Positions 35,471 to 49,771 of a stretch of 64,000 bases of DNA are shown here, in pieces. The translations under genes and the position numbers were made by a program. The notes below the pieces were generated by a model. It was given only the letters and a program-made list of their open reading frames with translations. It ran no database searches and had not been told where the DNA came from. The number at the start of each line of letters is the position of its first letter. The stretch's first letter is position 1. Source of the DNA: Hydrolagus affinis (lineage: Eukaryota); contig JAAILG010000537.1 in assembly GCA_012026655.1 (NCBI GenBank), positions 1 through 64,000 on the forward strand, written 5' to 3'.

Positions 35471-38400
35471 ACAATCTGATTTCGGCAAAAAATCTTAAGA
35501 TTGGGGTCTAATTTGCGGTATTTCTCAAAAGAGTTTTTCAAGCAGGAATTTGCCAACCCGTGGGATCTCCTTTCCAAATGGCAAGACCGTGTCGTGCTGC
35601 GTTTCCAGGTGGCATACTTATGTTTAGCAGGACGGGTCACCATTTTCGCAACTCTGTGATTCCTTATTCAGGAATCCTGTGAGGAAATACCACAAATTAG
35701 ACCCCTATTATCACAGTCCTGAAAAGCCTGAAGCAAGGGCCTCCTGCGCGAAAGTCGGCCTGTATCCAACTGCAATTGTGTGCGTTTGATTGCTCCATAC
35801 GAGAGATTCAGAGAGCTGCCTCGCTGTGTAACTCCTACTGCATTAACGTTAGCAGCCGGTGCCCAATTGGGGAAGGGAGAAAGTGAAAAGTTAACGAAAT
35901 AAGCTGTGAACATTCTCCCGCAATATAACTGCACGCATTTCAATCAATTTGCACGATGCAAAAACAACATCCACCGCCACAATATGCCTTTGCGTTGGCT
36001 TAAGTATTTCATTGATTTTCTGATATTCTCAGAGTTTACGCATCTCACAACACATTTGTGGAGCACTCAAGGCAGCGTGATAAATGATAAAGTATGCGGA
36101 AAGTCAAATATTCTTGCTTTGTCAATGCTATAGTCTATTTCCCCCTGCCCCATCCCCTTGTTCCAAACATGCAAGGCATGATAGAACGATAAAGACAAAA
36201 AAAATCTGACCTGGAAAAAAACCTTCAGTTCTGCTGTACAGACAAGCAAATTTGCATGTACTCTGAGATAAAGTAGTAATTAGCACTGGAGCAGATAAAG
36301 GTCGTTCAAGTTAAAATGTTTTATTTTAGGCACAAGATAATAATCTTGAGACCTAGTAATTGCATAATATTTCTATCATGTCCCCACTGCACAGTGGATG
36401 TTTTCTCAGTAGATCATGTTCAAGATTCTCCTAATGGCATTTCACACATTCTGATAAAGAAAGATCTCAGAAATGTTCTGTGCTGTGCAACTCACAAGTT
36501 TTCATTATCTTCTGTAACCTTGCTCTTTAGTCTCAAAATGTCCTTTAAAAACAAAGACTATCGGTTTGAATTGTCTCTCAATTGCTTGGATATTTTAAGT
36601 TCAGCTTCTCTCAGTTATTGTCAAGTAGAAGAAGGGGAGAACAGTACACTTTCAGTATACTAAGCGCTCTGAGACGCCATCCAGCGTGGTGGGCGCTATA
36701 TAAATCGAAGTTGTTGTTATACTTTCAACTTTTAGATTTGGGTTCATTGTCAGTCCAGGTGAATTTCTGCTTCTATCCATCACTTGTTTTGCTCCCTCTA
36801 GCAGCTGTTAGGAGTCTTAAGTGGTAATGAGTTTTAGTGAATTCTGGCAGCCTTAATCCAGCTTCCAGCACAATGAATGAGCTTCTGGCACTTATTCAGT
36901 CTTATTCAGAAGGGAGAGGAGAAGACAAGTGCCTTTGTGATGCTGCAGGAAGGTGCTCACTGGAGTTCTTGCTTGAGATACATCACTGGTCCCACACGTG
37001 ACCTACATGAAACCAGACCCAATGCCACGCTTAAGATTTCAACACCACTCAGCTGAAATGCACACAGCACACTGTGGTGTCTGGCGCTCCTGAGGCAGTG
37101 TAAACACAGCCAGAGGTGGAGTTACTCCTGCTGCATCTGGAGCCAGCTCTGCTAGAGAGAGCAGGGTGATTGTGCATCTCACGCATTCACTTATCAAGAC
37201 GTATTCTGTTCTACAACACCTGTGGAGATCAGCAAAGGCTCTTCACTTTGCTGGCCTGTGTGGACTTTCTCCACATGACTGTACAGTACAAGGAAAGCTT
37301 ACGGGTTTTGTAATCCGCGGGAGTTTATTATAGAGTCGGGAATCTTGACCTGTACAGTTTGTACGCTCGTTCGCCACCTGCATTTGGACTGCACAATATA
37401 TACATGGCAAATCGCAAACCTCATTAGCCACCAGCAAGAACACCAAAACAGGCCATTCAGCCCAACTAGTCCAGGTTAAGTGTTTATACTCCACACGAGC
37501 AATTGCTAATTTGCCTTCCAATACCCCTCTATTCCCTGGTATGTCATGTATTGCACTAGTAATGAAACATAAGAGGCTTTTATTCTTTCTGTGGCTGTAA
37601 AGTGGAACATTTTTCCACTTTCTATTATTTGTTTGGAGTACTACTGTTTGTTTGTATTTGTTAAAAGATATTTAGTAAGGATACTACAGTTATTCTGGAG
37701 CGTTTGCTTACAGTGGGCTCCAGCCAACGCAATTATTTAATCACTGAATACCACTAAATGTAAAGTCAATAAAACTTAAAGGGGAAGTCAAGCCATTTTA
37801 TTGAAGTATGTTATCTGACAAACTGTCATTCACAGACTGTAGTCCCGAAAAGAAAAGAAGGAAAAACACGGAACAGAGATGCAAATAGCAGGAAGGCACA
37901 GGAATCGATTCCCTTCAGCATTCAGAAAGTGACATGGAAACTGGTTAAGAGCTGTTATTACTCCTTCAATAATGTTACAATTTCCCTAATGTAGCGCCAT
38001 TTAATCCAGCCAAAAAAGTAGTTACTCTTGTGTTTTTCTCGTCAATGTTGGCTCGATAACAGGAACCTGGTTCTTAAAGCCAAAGGCAAAATTCCTAACA
38101 TCCCCAATGCCTGATTGCTTGCCGTAATATTTGCTGCAGTAGCTGGATTAGATCCATTTGGGCCATTCTGCCCAACTAGTCCATACCGATAAACAGCAGC
38201 AACATCTGGCAAATTATGTTGGCCTAGACACCCCTGATTATAATATAACTTAATGATTCAAAGAAGTGTTGTAATCTTACTTATATAATTGCCCTAAAGC
38301 CTGTAAACAATGACTCACAGAGGACTACTTCTGCACATTATCTCCACCGTGAGGCTGAGCTCTAGTTTATTAGTGTGGTTTTCATGCTAGGAGTCGAACA

Positions 38401-40324
38401 AATGCCCGATCTTGAAGACACAGTAGTTGCTCAGCTCAGCAATTTTACCCCCTAACCCATGGATCCTACAATAACTTGATTCCCAATCTGTCTTCTTGTT
38501 AATCAAACTCCTATTTCAGATGATGCAAACACCCCTCCCCCTACCCCACCCCCACCACCACACCCACCCAATTATCTGAGCTGAACCATTGGTTTTGCAG
38601 TAAATGTACAACCCATGCTTAGATTTATTTTACATTCTGGGATCAGTCTATTGATTTCAGCTGTATAAATCCCTTCCTGCTTGGTTTCTGCATAAACAGA
38701 ATCCAGTTCATACCATTGAAGCATGAAGAACACTTTTTAAGACCGATATACACTGTTATGTTAAAGCAGATTGATCCTCTGGGCTTGGTTCAGCATTGCC
38801 CAAGATGACAAGCAGCTTTCAATCTTATGTGTTCAATTGTATTTCTTTGCTTGCTGGCCCTGGGGAACAAAACTACTGTTAATAGAGAGCTTGTGAGTGA
38901 GAAGGGGCAGCATAGCATCAAAGTCATTGAATTCCCCATCTCCTTGTTCTCATAAAGGTTTTAATTGTCTTGCAGTTTTGCAGAATGTACAGAGCCTGAA
39001 TTCCAACACCAAAGCCTATTGGCAACATTAATGCCTATCCTTTGTGGGTTTTCTGCTGGGTTTAGAGGTGAAATCTTTCAGCTGAGTATCTCCTCTGATA
39101 TACTGGATTTTAAATGTTTTTGACTCTAAGCTAAATACATACATGTAGATAAATATCACTTCTGGCATGTGCAATAAATAATGTATGTGTACTCTTTGCC
39201 TTGGTATATTAAAGTGAGATAGCTAAGGTGCTCCCTGATGCTTTCCTTATGCTTCACATTACAGTAAAATCTTATGAAGCCCTTTGAGCTGTTTTGACGA
39301 TGATACAACATTATATCAAATTCAAGCATTATTGTTCTTAGACAGTGAGTGTCAGCAGGTTATTCAACAATGAAGACAATCCTTGTACATTTTGAATCAG
39401 TTAATTCACCCCAAAACTAACCTCTTAAAGGATAAGTATCTTCGGGAACATATGGTTTACAAGCTGAATGCAATTGTCTCTCTTTACTCATTCCAACATT
39501 TAGGTAGGCTTGATGCAATTTATGAACCACTTACACTGGAAATTTTTAGCAGCGATGTAAATCCACTCTTGATTCACAAGATTCCTTTATGAACATGGAC
39601 AGATCAGCTTTGTAGCACATCCCTGTTCAAAAAGCCAGCCCTCAATGGCAACCAGAGCTGTTTCTGTGTAAAGAGCTCCCAGGTATTAGTTACAATATCT
39701 CCAGCAGCCTCTCTCGCCTTAAAACTACAGCCCGAGGCATTGTGGCTGGGAATGCATGTTCCACAAGTATGAGCGGCACACATTTGTGAAAAAGGATTAA
39801 TAAGGTAATTAATGTCACAATACATATAGATCTGTGTTTGCACAGCCACTGACTCATTTACATTAATAAACTGGTATAACATTAAGAAACAGCCAGGGCA
39901 CCACATTTTAGGCAGACTGTAAACCAACAGATTTTAATCAGAAGCACGCATTCCAGAGATTTGAAAATATATACCAGATTTATACTACATTTCCAGAGTA
40001 AGCAGGACTTTGGGATCAGTGCTGCTCTAATAATCTCAGTTTGAAGTGATTATTTCAGGTCAGAGTACTGAGGTCAGATTATTGAGTTGTGGAGATCAGA
40101 CTTCCAGCAAATGAGCCCTGAATACCATCATTCACCCGCTCTCCGCCTCATGACCACATGCCGTGACTTTATAATAATAATAATCCTTGCATGTGATATA
40201 ACACTTTTCCATGTCTTTGATATGTCTCAAAAGCGCTTCACAGAATATACTGTAAAGTGAATTAATAAAGTGAGGTCTTTGATCAGTCAGATCGGTTGTG
40301 GAAATGACAGTAACAAAACTCGCT

Positions 40325-40595
40325 TAAACACCAATTCAGTACCGCGCTTGGGCATTGTCTGAGGCATTTAGAATGTCACTGTCAGCGTATGTAGGATGAG
40401 ACATTAAAACCTGTTCTTTGTTACTGCAGACCACGTTAATGATTCTATGACACGATTAGAAAAGAGAAATGTGTATTTTTGGTGTCCCGGTCACTAATCC
40501 TCTAAATGTACTGTTCATTTACCTCATGACGGCTTATGGGGCTTTATCAGTGTAAATGGCTGCCTTGTTTGCCTACAATAGACTGCACTTGTAAT
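40325..40595 (+). mobile_element. Ancient Deu-domain SINE relic
   Basis: cagtac...gcattgtctgaggc...ggatgagacattaaa...ggtgtcccgg...aaatggctgccttgtttgcctaca resembles the DeuSINE central domain, as recalled rather than aligned. Confidence 0.55.
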
Positions 40596-40679
40596 ATCGT
40601 CCTTGTATTTAACAGAGTTAGCGTATCATGTCAAATACCTCAAAACACCAGACTTTTTTTTTATAAAGCATATTTGAGG

Positions 40680-41012
40680 TTGAATTTGGCAGCCAAATTG
40701 TTCATAGCAATGTTTCACAAACAGCCATGAAGTGAAAAAGTTTTTTTTCCATTATTTTTTACAAATCTTGGGGTTGCTGGCCACAATACCTGGAAAAATA
40801 CCTTCTATTTTCAAACAGGCAGCTAAACTGGCTGACTAAACCCCACGGTTTCCTATCCCATCCAAACGACGGGGGCTCCAACAATCCAGCACTCCTCTAT
40901 CGCTGTGTTGAAGTATCAACCTCGACTGTGAGTTTAATGTTCTACTCTGGGGCTTGAACCCGCAACCTTCTGACTCACAGGTGAGAGTGATCATAACTGC
41001 AGCAGCCTAACA
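40680..41012 (-). mobile_element. Ancient tRNA-headed Deu-domain SINE relic, inverted relative to 40325-40595
   Basis: ggcagccaaattg...cacaaacagc...catccaaacgacggggg...cagcactcctc...ggggcttgaacccgcaaccttctgactcacaggtgagagtg includes a reversed B-box (GGTTCAAGCCC). Confidence 0.65.
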
Positions 41013-44000
41013 CCTGACAGACTTGACAATAACAATTCCGATGCAATAAGGAGCGAAACAAAAAAATTATTTCAAAACACAGAGGTGTACAAGCACACTA
41101 TTTTTCTGTAAAGACATTTGCAGCTCCATGACTAAAATGGGGATTAAGACAGACTAGGGCAGCCGTACCTCACACTGCACTTCCTACATGTGCGATGACT
41201 GCACAAACACAATTGTTCCTTGTGTGATTTTTCTTTGTAGTTTAATCCAAAATGTTCTTTCCAAATTTTGCTACTTTAATTCGGGACTCAGCTTAATCTC
41301 AATGGCGATGAAAAACTGCAGGTCTTAAACATACCCCAAAGGCACAATTTTACACATTCACTCGAGTATAGCTCCAACAATGTCATTATTTGTGGAATAA
41401 ATATCAGGATGCGTGGAAGGCATCTCAACATTGGCTTGAAGTTCACCTAGAAGTTGCTAAAAGGGTTTAGAAAGCTGATTAAGCGATGTGGAAAATTCTC
41501 TTGACGTTCTTCACTACGATTGCAAACTATCAAGAGGAGAAGTCCTGGCACTGCTCAACATCACATTCAAGCATAACTTGACAGCAATCAGGCAAAATGC
41601 TGCAGAAGAGATAATACTCTGCACAGAAACAAATGGATTTTCTCCTTCCCGTCGATCTATTGTGTGTGGCAGCGCCAGGAGGTGTTCCTTAAGGCCTGGA
41701 ACAACATTTCAGTCCCCAAATTCTGTTGCCATCCCAATGTGCAGCTTGGTTGGGAATGAAATGAGTGCGTTTCACTGGTGGCGCAAAAAGGCACTAGACA
41801 ACATCACATTAAATTCAAGCCACTACTCCGGGATAATTTGCCCCAGTTCTCAGAAACTCTGTACCCTAAACCCCTTCATTTTCTGCCATCTTCCTTCCCC
41901 GGTCTTCAAAACCCTCTGAAAAAGGTAGCTTCGTGAATGAGGCTTTTGATCAATACTCACCCTGAGATTTCTCCTCCTTTGGCCTCTACTTATAGCGCAA
42001 TCTATTTTGAGGGCGGGGTTCAGGCAGATAGTTGGGAATTCTAAGGCGATTCTTTATTAAGAAATCCTGTTAGTAAACTGCGCTGTTTTTGACCCTCTGA
42101 CATGATGAGCCAATGTAATGCGTGGCTGCAGGCCCCAACAATCCTCGGTGTTACGATTCTCAAGCGCAAATCAGTTTGGCAGCAAAGTGGCAAGTTTTCA
42201 ATGGAATTACTTCATTTAAGATAATTTTCTATTTGAACCATTTTAGCGTGGTTATGGTCTGAATGAACCTAAGCTGACTGTTTCAATCTCTGCTGCCATG
42301 GAAACAGAGCCAGGCCGTGTTAAGACAGGAGAAGCTGAAGTAGGAACAGATCCAAAATGGCAGCTTGGCTGAGGTTCAGAAGCACTCTCTGCTTCTTTAA
42401 ACATTTAAACCAGCATTTTCTCTCTTTTTTAATATACAGAACAGTTGCTTCTCACAGGCTCCTCGCAGCTCAAGTAGTCAGTCCAGTGATTACTTAACCA
42501 CTAACAGAAGGAGGCACTGGAGTTAGTTACTGGATAAAATTTCCTTTTACACTGCCATCACTTGTCCTTTATATAAACAAATCAATGCAGGAACAAAACA
42601 GTTTGTGTTCCATGTGTGCTTATCATGGAACGAGACGTCAATGCCGGTTAATGGAAACGTCACTGTTTCTACACTGAGTACAAACTGAGCACAGATTAGA
42701 CGCAGGGTAAATCACATTGAACCATGCTCCGATATGGTGCCTTTACCCTTCCGCCCCACCCTCCCACTGCACCGCTATGTCATCTTCAAATATTAATAAT
42801 AATAATCATCCTTGCTGTCAGATTTGTTGTTCTTCTGTGGCTAAGGCGCCACAATTTGGACGGATTCAGCCTCAATTTGTCACTGAGAATTAGAGATCCG
42901 ATCCACACTTGTCTGTGATGCTCAGATATCAGAGACACAATTTTAGAACTTTTCAAACCTGGAGACTCTTTTACACCCAATCGTTCTGCATTCAAACCCA
43001 GCAGCAACAGTTAAAAGAGAAATGGGCGGCTAGCGACCTATTGCATCTCCGAAGCTACCCACAAGACAAAACCAGTTCACAAGGAGGCACTGTTGGGTAC
43101 ATTGGACTCACTTCAACTTGCTGTCAAATGGGTTTTGCTTTTTAACCTTGAAGCCACTGGATGACGTGGTTTGTTTGCCATTGAGTTAGCCAAAGACCAG
43201 AGGAATCGGCCAACAAATCCTGAAAGTTACTCGATGTCCAGTTCTTGAGATAGGTCAATAGCAAATGCTCGTCTGGGTGGTGGGTGCAGTGCAAAAAAAT
43301 TCAAATGCCTAGACTTTGCTTGGGACAGACATCAATCACTAGGATTTTGTTTTGCTTGTTTGGGCTTTGTGTACGTAACAAGATATTAGAAAATTCCAGG
43401 ACTTTTTTTTTTTTAGCTTTGCCAACATAAACTATTCCCAGCGCTAAATTAGTTGGCAAACTATCAGGTAAAAGATATCAATTTATCCTTGCTTTGGGGG
43501 AAATTGAGATGTAAACAATTCCATGAAAAAATGGATACAGGGTGACATAGATATAGTGCCTGTTGAACAGTCTGATCTTTCTCTCGCTCCTTCTCAGAGC
43601 TTCCTGGGAGCTCTTGAGAGTTGAATCCCGCTATTTCTTTACGACAGTTCAGGCTAAACCACCGGGGTCATTGGTTTTCATTGCTCCAGGTTTTCTCCTC
43701 CCATAGTCACGGCAGTTTGGGTTGGAGTGCAGTTCTCAAGAGTCTTCGGGGGAATGCCACTCAAAGTGTGAGAGGCTAGATAGTGTTGAGAGCATCACGT
43801 CCAACCACACTCCCATCCTCGTCTGACATACGCATGATCATCACATTGTGTGTTGCGGTAAAGGGTGGGGGATTAGAGAGTAGGGAGAGCAGCTGTCCAT
43901 CAGAAGCAAGAATCATAAACTGCTCAGAATCTCTGTGCTGTTAACCCAGGCAGTAAAATTTGACAGAGTGCTCGAGGGAGCAGCTCACTGCAAATATCAC

Positions 44001-44954
44001 TGAATTTAACTAAGAATAGGCAAGTGATTAACTTAGCGAGATACCTTTACGCATATCAGATAAACATCAGCTACCTGCCTATCCTCAGCCGCAGACACTT
44101 ACTTACTTTCGTCTACACTGATTCAATTAATGTTATAATATTGCGCGGTCTTTAAATCTGTACCACCTTTACTTAAGGCTTCCCAAAGGCAGATCTGCCT
44201 GCTCGCCTTTCAGTGACATTTACCCCTCAAACCATTTCCTGTTAGTGCAAAAGGGATTTAATCTGGTGGTTCGATGCTTGTTTTCCATCACCCTGTTTGA
44301 ACAAGACCAATTGCGGAGAATCACACCTCAGCCCAGCTGACCAGAAGAGCCCTTCCCAGTCTTATTATTATGACAGTCACAACCGCTTTTCCAACAGCTA
44401 AATGTTTGCACATGAGCTATTATTGGCTAATGTTTTTTCGCCCACAAATATACAGTCAATTAATTTTACAGTATATTCTGTGAAGCGCTTTAGAAGATGG
44501 GAAAAGCGCTATATCAAATGCAAGGACCGTTATTATTACTTTTATTTGCACCATATGTGTGGGTTTGTCAGTGGTGCTGGGTTGCGTTCTTTGCTGACAA
44601 ATGCTTGTGATTATGCTCTAACCAGCGTGTCTCATTCCCAGCTTCTCAAACCATTATGGTCAAATAAACGCTGGACATTTCAATACATCCTAGGCAGCTC
44701 TCACCCACACCTCCAGCTGCTCGTTGATTGCGGGAGGAAGGCAAGAGCTAACACAGGCCTGGCTTGTTTAAGCGTAGGCCACGAGTTGATCAGCTCACCG
44801 ATGCACAGCTGCTTCCTGAGCACTACACGCCTGTTTGGCAGTGTTGACCATTGCACAACTGCAGCTTACAATGGTGACCAGCCAACTTGCACATAACAAG
44901 GGGTCACTGCAAAGACCAGCACAAAACCTTATAATACAATGATAATAATCTTTG

Positions 44955-45272
44955 TATAGCTCAGTGGTTAGAGCACTCACCTTACAAGCGTGAGACCCGT
45001 GTTCGAATCCAGGCAGGTGTCAGGGCGAAACCTTGGGCAAGTTTCCTTACCCCACACGCCTAATAATAATCCTTCCAAAAAAAAACACAATAATAAAAAT
45101 TGGTCATTTTCAATCTACGACTGTGGGGACGCTGCTGTGTGCAATTGGCTGCCGCGTTTCACCCACAATTATACAGTCAATTGACTTTACAGTATATTCT
45201 GTGAAGCGCTTTGAGATGTCGATCAGATGTGAAAAGCGCTATATCAAATGCAAGGATTATTATTATTATTAT
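44955..45272 (+). mobile_element. Near full-length tRNA-derived SINE with intact A and B boxes
   Basis: TAGCTCAGTGGTTAGAGC...GTTCGAATCC followed by the family body and an (ATT)n tail. Confidence 0.9.
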
Positions 45273-45276
45273 TTGA

Positions 45277-45435
45277 CATAGAGCCTTATCAAGTCTTCAA
45301 GACGTCGCAAAGCACTTCACAGAATATAATGTAAAGTGAACTGACTGTTTATTTTGTGGGCGAAAGGGGGCAGCCAATTGCGCAAAGCAGTATCCCACAA
45401 AGAGTTGTGGACTGAGTGGCCAAATTATAATTTTT
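45277..45435 (-). mobile_element. 5'-truncated SINE copy, inverted relative to 44955-45272
   Basis: aagcacttcacagaatataatgtaaagtgaactgactg...cagccaattgcgcaaagcagtatcccacaa is the reverse complement of the SINE body. Confidence 0.85.
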
Positions 45436-47589
45436 TTTAAATTGAAGGAATTTAACATTCTTAGTTCCCCCCTCCATGCTCTTCCCTTACAATCCACCCA
45501 GATCTGCTGGGAACCAGGAACCCAACATTTCTCACAGTTTTAGGCCTGAAGACCAATTTTAAAATATAAGACAAGCAAATTTTAAAATTAATTGCGTCTT
45601 AATTTTATAGTCATTTCTCCTCAGAGAGTTTTTGAAACAAGATTGCTATAAACCAGCTGCCTAATGAAGAATTTTGCCAACATTCTGCACAGTCTTAAAA
45701 ATGTTCAGGTGACATGATGATCTCCAGGCAAACACGGCCTCAGGTTTTGAAACTGAGTTTAATAAGACTTAGCGAGAGCTGGTGGTTTCTGCAGGGAGAT
45801 GGAAAATAAATGCAGTGGATCAGAAGAAACCACCCATAACATAAAGGTTTGAGATCACTCTGCATTTAATTTCCACCACTGCTCGCTTATATATAGTTTT
45901 ATTTATATATACTGTATATATATATATATGTATATATATATCCACACACACACATAAACACCCTGTAAAACTATGTACAGTCAGCCACAAATAGAGACTG
46001 AGCATTACTGCAGACAGCATTGAGGTGAGAGGGGAAAGTGAGGAAGGGATTGTAAAAGACCAATACAGAGTTTTTCTCACGATGCTCTCAATCCTCGTGC
46101 ACGAGAGGTATGCAAGACCCGTCAGTTCAACTGTGAATTCTGCCAACCCCCTAAGCAGACCTCAGTGACGCAACACCACCCTTTGCTCCCTTGACATGTG
46201 CACGACTGCACTTGCCATCAGGGATCACTGAACACAGATCAGCCGGCGTCACAGGCTAACCCGAGGATCCTGAGCTCAATTGTGGCGCCCCAAATTCCTC
46301 CCCTTGTCGGGGACTCACTTCTCTATTTCGCCCACAAAAATATACGGTCAAACCACCTTTACAGTGTATTTGTGAAGCGCTGTGAGACATCTTGAAGACA
46401 CGATGATGCGATATATCAAATGCAAAGATTATTATTATTGCTTAACCACAGACAACAACAACACCAACTTCGATTTATATAGCGCCCTCCACGCCGGACG
46501 GCGTCTCAGAGCGCTTAAAGCTTCTGTGTGCCCCTCTGGCTTGTATGGCTTAGTGCTGAAGCACTCTGAGTCGCTGTCCCACGTGAAGGGCGTGATATAA
46601 ATCCTACTTTGTTGTTGCCTCAGCAATATCAGTGTGTGATATTCATCTATCCCCATTTCTTCACCTCCCTTACAATTCAGAACAGGTCGGACTTACAATG
46701 CTGCAACAACAACAACAACAATGCTATATTCTGAGCTTTCCAACCTCATCGTTTAAATACTGGAATTTCACCTCACCCTTTAAAAGCATCTTGTCCTTAA
46801 AATTTCAGATTGAGCAGAATTGTGCTTACATTCTGTCTTAATTTGTCCGTAATTTTAAATTAAAAAAAAAATAAACTACAAGAAACTGGTTTCCAAACCG
46901 AAACTGAATTCAAGAATTTCTTAAAGCACAATTCTTAAGGCACATCAGTCCTATGGTCTAAGATTAAATGGATGTTCCATGTCACTGGTGCAGTTTGCTG
47001 AATTAATGCATGCAGTATGGAATTGTTCAAAGCGTCAGACTAGAGGTGGCTTCAGTGATTTCTGATGCCATCTGGGAAACATGCCTCTGTCTTTACCCAT
47101 GAGGAACTGTGTTAATGTCCACGTGTGTCAGCGCGCAGCTTGGAAATCAAAAGGATTACCCAAGAGACAAGTCCACAGACATCAGCAGTTACAGGTTACA
47201 TAAAAGCAATTAGCGAATTTTTCAATCAAAGCTCTTTCCGACAGGAATCGAAGGTAAAAGAATAAATATGTACATTCCCTTCGAGTGAGAATTTGGGAGC
47301 GGACGGGTGCGGCTGGGTGGGGAGGGAGAGGTGAGTGGGGAGTGTGGTGGGTGGGGGGGGTGGGGGTGGGGGGGGCGAAGAAAGGGAATTATGCCTGATC
47401 AACACTTTACAGAACACTGCAGGTTGCCTATTTGCAGTTTCAGAACATGTCCATCAGGGGGCGCATCAATCTGCAACTCATCTCCTGCTGCACTCCCTCA
47501 GTTGCTTGTGTTGAGGATGGGCAGACGGTTATCAGTCTACAAAGAGTGTTTATGTTTCCCAAGATACTAGGCAGTCAAGGGTTTGTACC

Positions 47590-47800
47590 CGAGCTGGCGA
47601 TTGGAGCCAAAGAGGAGTGGAGGTAGGAAGATCGCTGAAGGCACGGTCCAAGAGGAAGAACAGCCTTGAAGCAGGCAAGGGAGCGGGCGAGTAGTCCCAT
47701 GAGTAGGGAGTTAGCACAGTCAAGCCTGGACGTAATGGTGAGGGTCTTGGCAGCCTGTAGGGGAGAGGGAGTGATGGAGGTGAGCAATGTTGCGGAGTTG
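47590..47800 (-). mobile_element. Degraded L2 ORF2 internal fragment
   Basis: AAKTLTITSRLDCANSLLMGL resembles the L2 motif A.TL...(V)TSRLDYCNSLL.GLP. Confidence 0.65.
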
Positions 47801-49437
47801 GGAGGGGGTGGGGGAGAGAAAGGCAGAACGTGACATTAGCACGGATGTATTAAGCGATGAGTTTTCCTCCATGAAAATCACACACAACACTGAGCAGAGG
47901 AGAAGCCCACCATCTACTCCTCTTCATGCACTCTGAAAACAGTTAGTTCCCTGCTAACGCACCATTAAGTAACTTGATTCCCACTGCTTTGTGACAGGGG
48001 TGTTTTCAATGATGACAAACACTGGAATCTGTCACCCAAGTGTGTGATGATATTTGTCAGCCCTCAACTGGGTCGTGCAGATGCTATGTCTGTGTTAGTT
48101 TGTCATTTTTCCCTCCCTCCCTCCCTGCCTCCCTACCACGCACGCACGGACAGATGCACGCACGGACGCACGCACGCACACGCAGTGTTTCTGAGGTTAA
48201 ACTAATGCATTTACAACTTGTACATTTAGCTTGCGATGACAAGAACATGAGTGAGAACAAACCCACATGGGAGCTCATTCAGCAGCAATGTACTGTGCTG
48301 TACAAGACGTGTGTGATGTACTGTCGTGTGGTACTGTACACCAAAACACTCGAAGACAGTGAAAACAAATCGAAGAGTCTCTTTGATAAAACTCCCTGCT
48401 GCACTTTCAAAACAATACCAGTGGGAAAGGAAAACAAATTGCAGACAGAGAAAGAGCTTTTTTAGTATGTCAGCCATGCAATGAAAACAAAAAAAAGGAC
48501 AGCAGTCAGAAAGAACACTGCTGGGTTTAAAACCTGTCAAGAAAATAAGAGATGAACCTCGCGTTTGATGTGCCTTATGAAACATTTTATCCCAAATCAC
48601 CAAAAGATTCATAAAACAAAAACCTCTGAATCAAAAGACAACTGTAATGAGAAGAGGGGAGAGTGAGTACGATGGGAGGGATTGCCCACAATAGACAGTT
48701 AATTCACTTTACAGCATCTTCCGAAGCTCCTTTGAGACATCTCCACAGCGTGATATGGCGCTATATCAAATGCAAGGATTATTATTGTCTTGTGACCCTT
48801 TTCTCATCTGTTGCTGTGTTACACACTTTGATGTTCAAGACTACACTTGACTTCCAAGTAAAACCCAAAAAGTTATTGTGCTCTATTCCTTTAGTTCTCG
48901 TGAAGTACAGATGGTGTCTCATTTCCAACTACTTAGTGCACACAATCTCATTAACAGTATCAGTTTAATGTACCAAAACCGGTATATTTTAACAGCCTGT
49001 CTTTCTATCTCTCCGACGCATTATCACTGGAAATATAAATGTATTTTAAAATTGTCAGTTTGGGAAGGAAGGAAGTGAAGTGGTGAACTTGTTTCCATTA
49101 TAGGGTTGGGGGAGGATAGATTACCAGGTCATACAATGGTACTGATGACATTTCTTTACAGCAAAAAAACAAGTAAGCATACACAGTCAGGGAGCTACCA
49201 AAGAAAACCCAATCTCATCAGTCTTTACTGAAATACCCACGTATTGTCTCATCACAATAATAAAATTGGTAATTTCAATCCACGACCGCTTGTGGGACAC
49301 TGCTGTGCGCAATCGACTGCCGCATTTCGCCCACAAATATAGTCAGTTCACTTTACAGCATATTCTGTAAAGTGCTTTGAGACGTTTAGAAGATGTGAAA
49401 AGCGCTACTTGAAATGCAAGGATTATTATTATCACAT

Positions 49438-49771
49438 GAACAACAACAACAAATTACATTTATAGAGCGCCTTTCACGTCGGGAGGATGTCCCAAGGCGC
49501 TGCACAGGGGGAGTGTGACCCGAGCTGGGAGGGGAGTGTTTGGGCGGGGGTGAAACACGAAGGGGAGGCTGAAAAATTCGGGGTGGAACAAAAGGCACGG
49601 TCGAAGAGGAAAGTCTTCAAACCGGTCTTGAAAGAGGAAAGGGAAGAAACGAGACGAAGGGATTGGGGGATAGAATTCCATAGGGTGGGAGCGGAGAAAC
49701 TGAAGGCCCGACCTCCGATGGTGGGGCGGTTCGGGCGGGGGGCTTGGAGCAGGCCGAGTCCTACTGAACGA
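49438..49771 (-). mobile_element. L2-clade LINE 3' fragment
   Basis: ORF 49474-49779 gives RSVGLGLLQAPRPNRPTIGGRAFSFSAPTLWNSIPQSLRLVSSLSSFKTGLKTFLFDRAF, with the same 3' stem-loop and (TTG)n tail. Confidence 0.88.

Noticed and set aside
44402-44896. Recurring short ORFs with YSVKRFE / RYIKCKDYYY / LYQMQGLL peptides
   Set aside because: They are translations of the SINE tail in different frames, not a protein family.
44955-45025. tRNA genes (A/B boxes, TAC or TGC anticodon-like loops) at 20505, 44955, 51222, 55966 and 58405
   Set aside because: Each runs directly into the SINE body and lacks a proper acceptor stem and terminator. These are SINE heads, not tRNAs.
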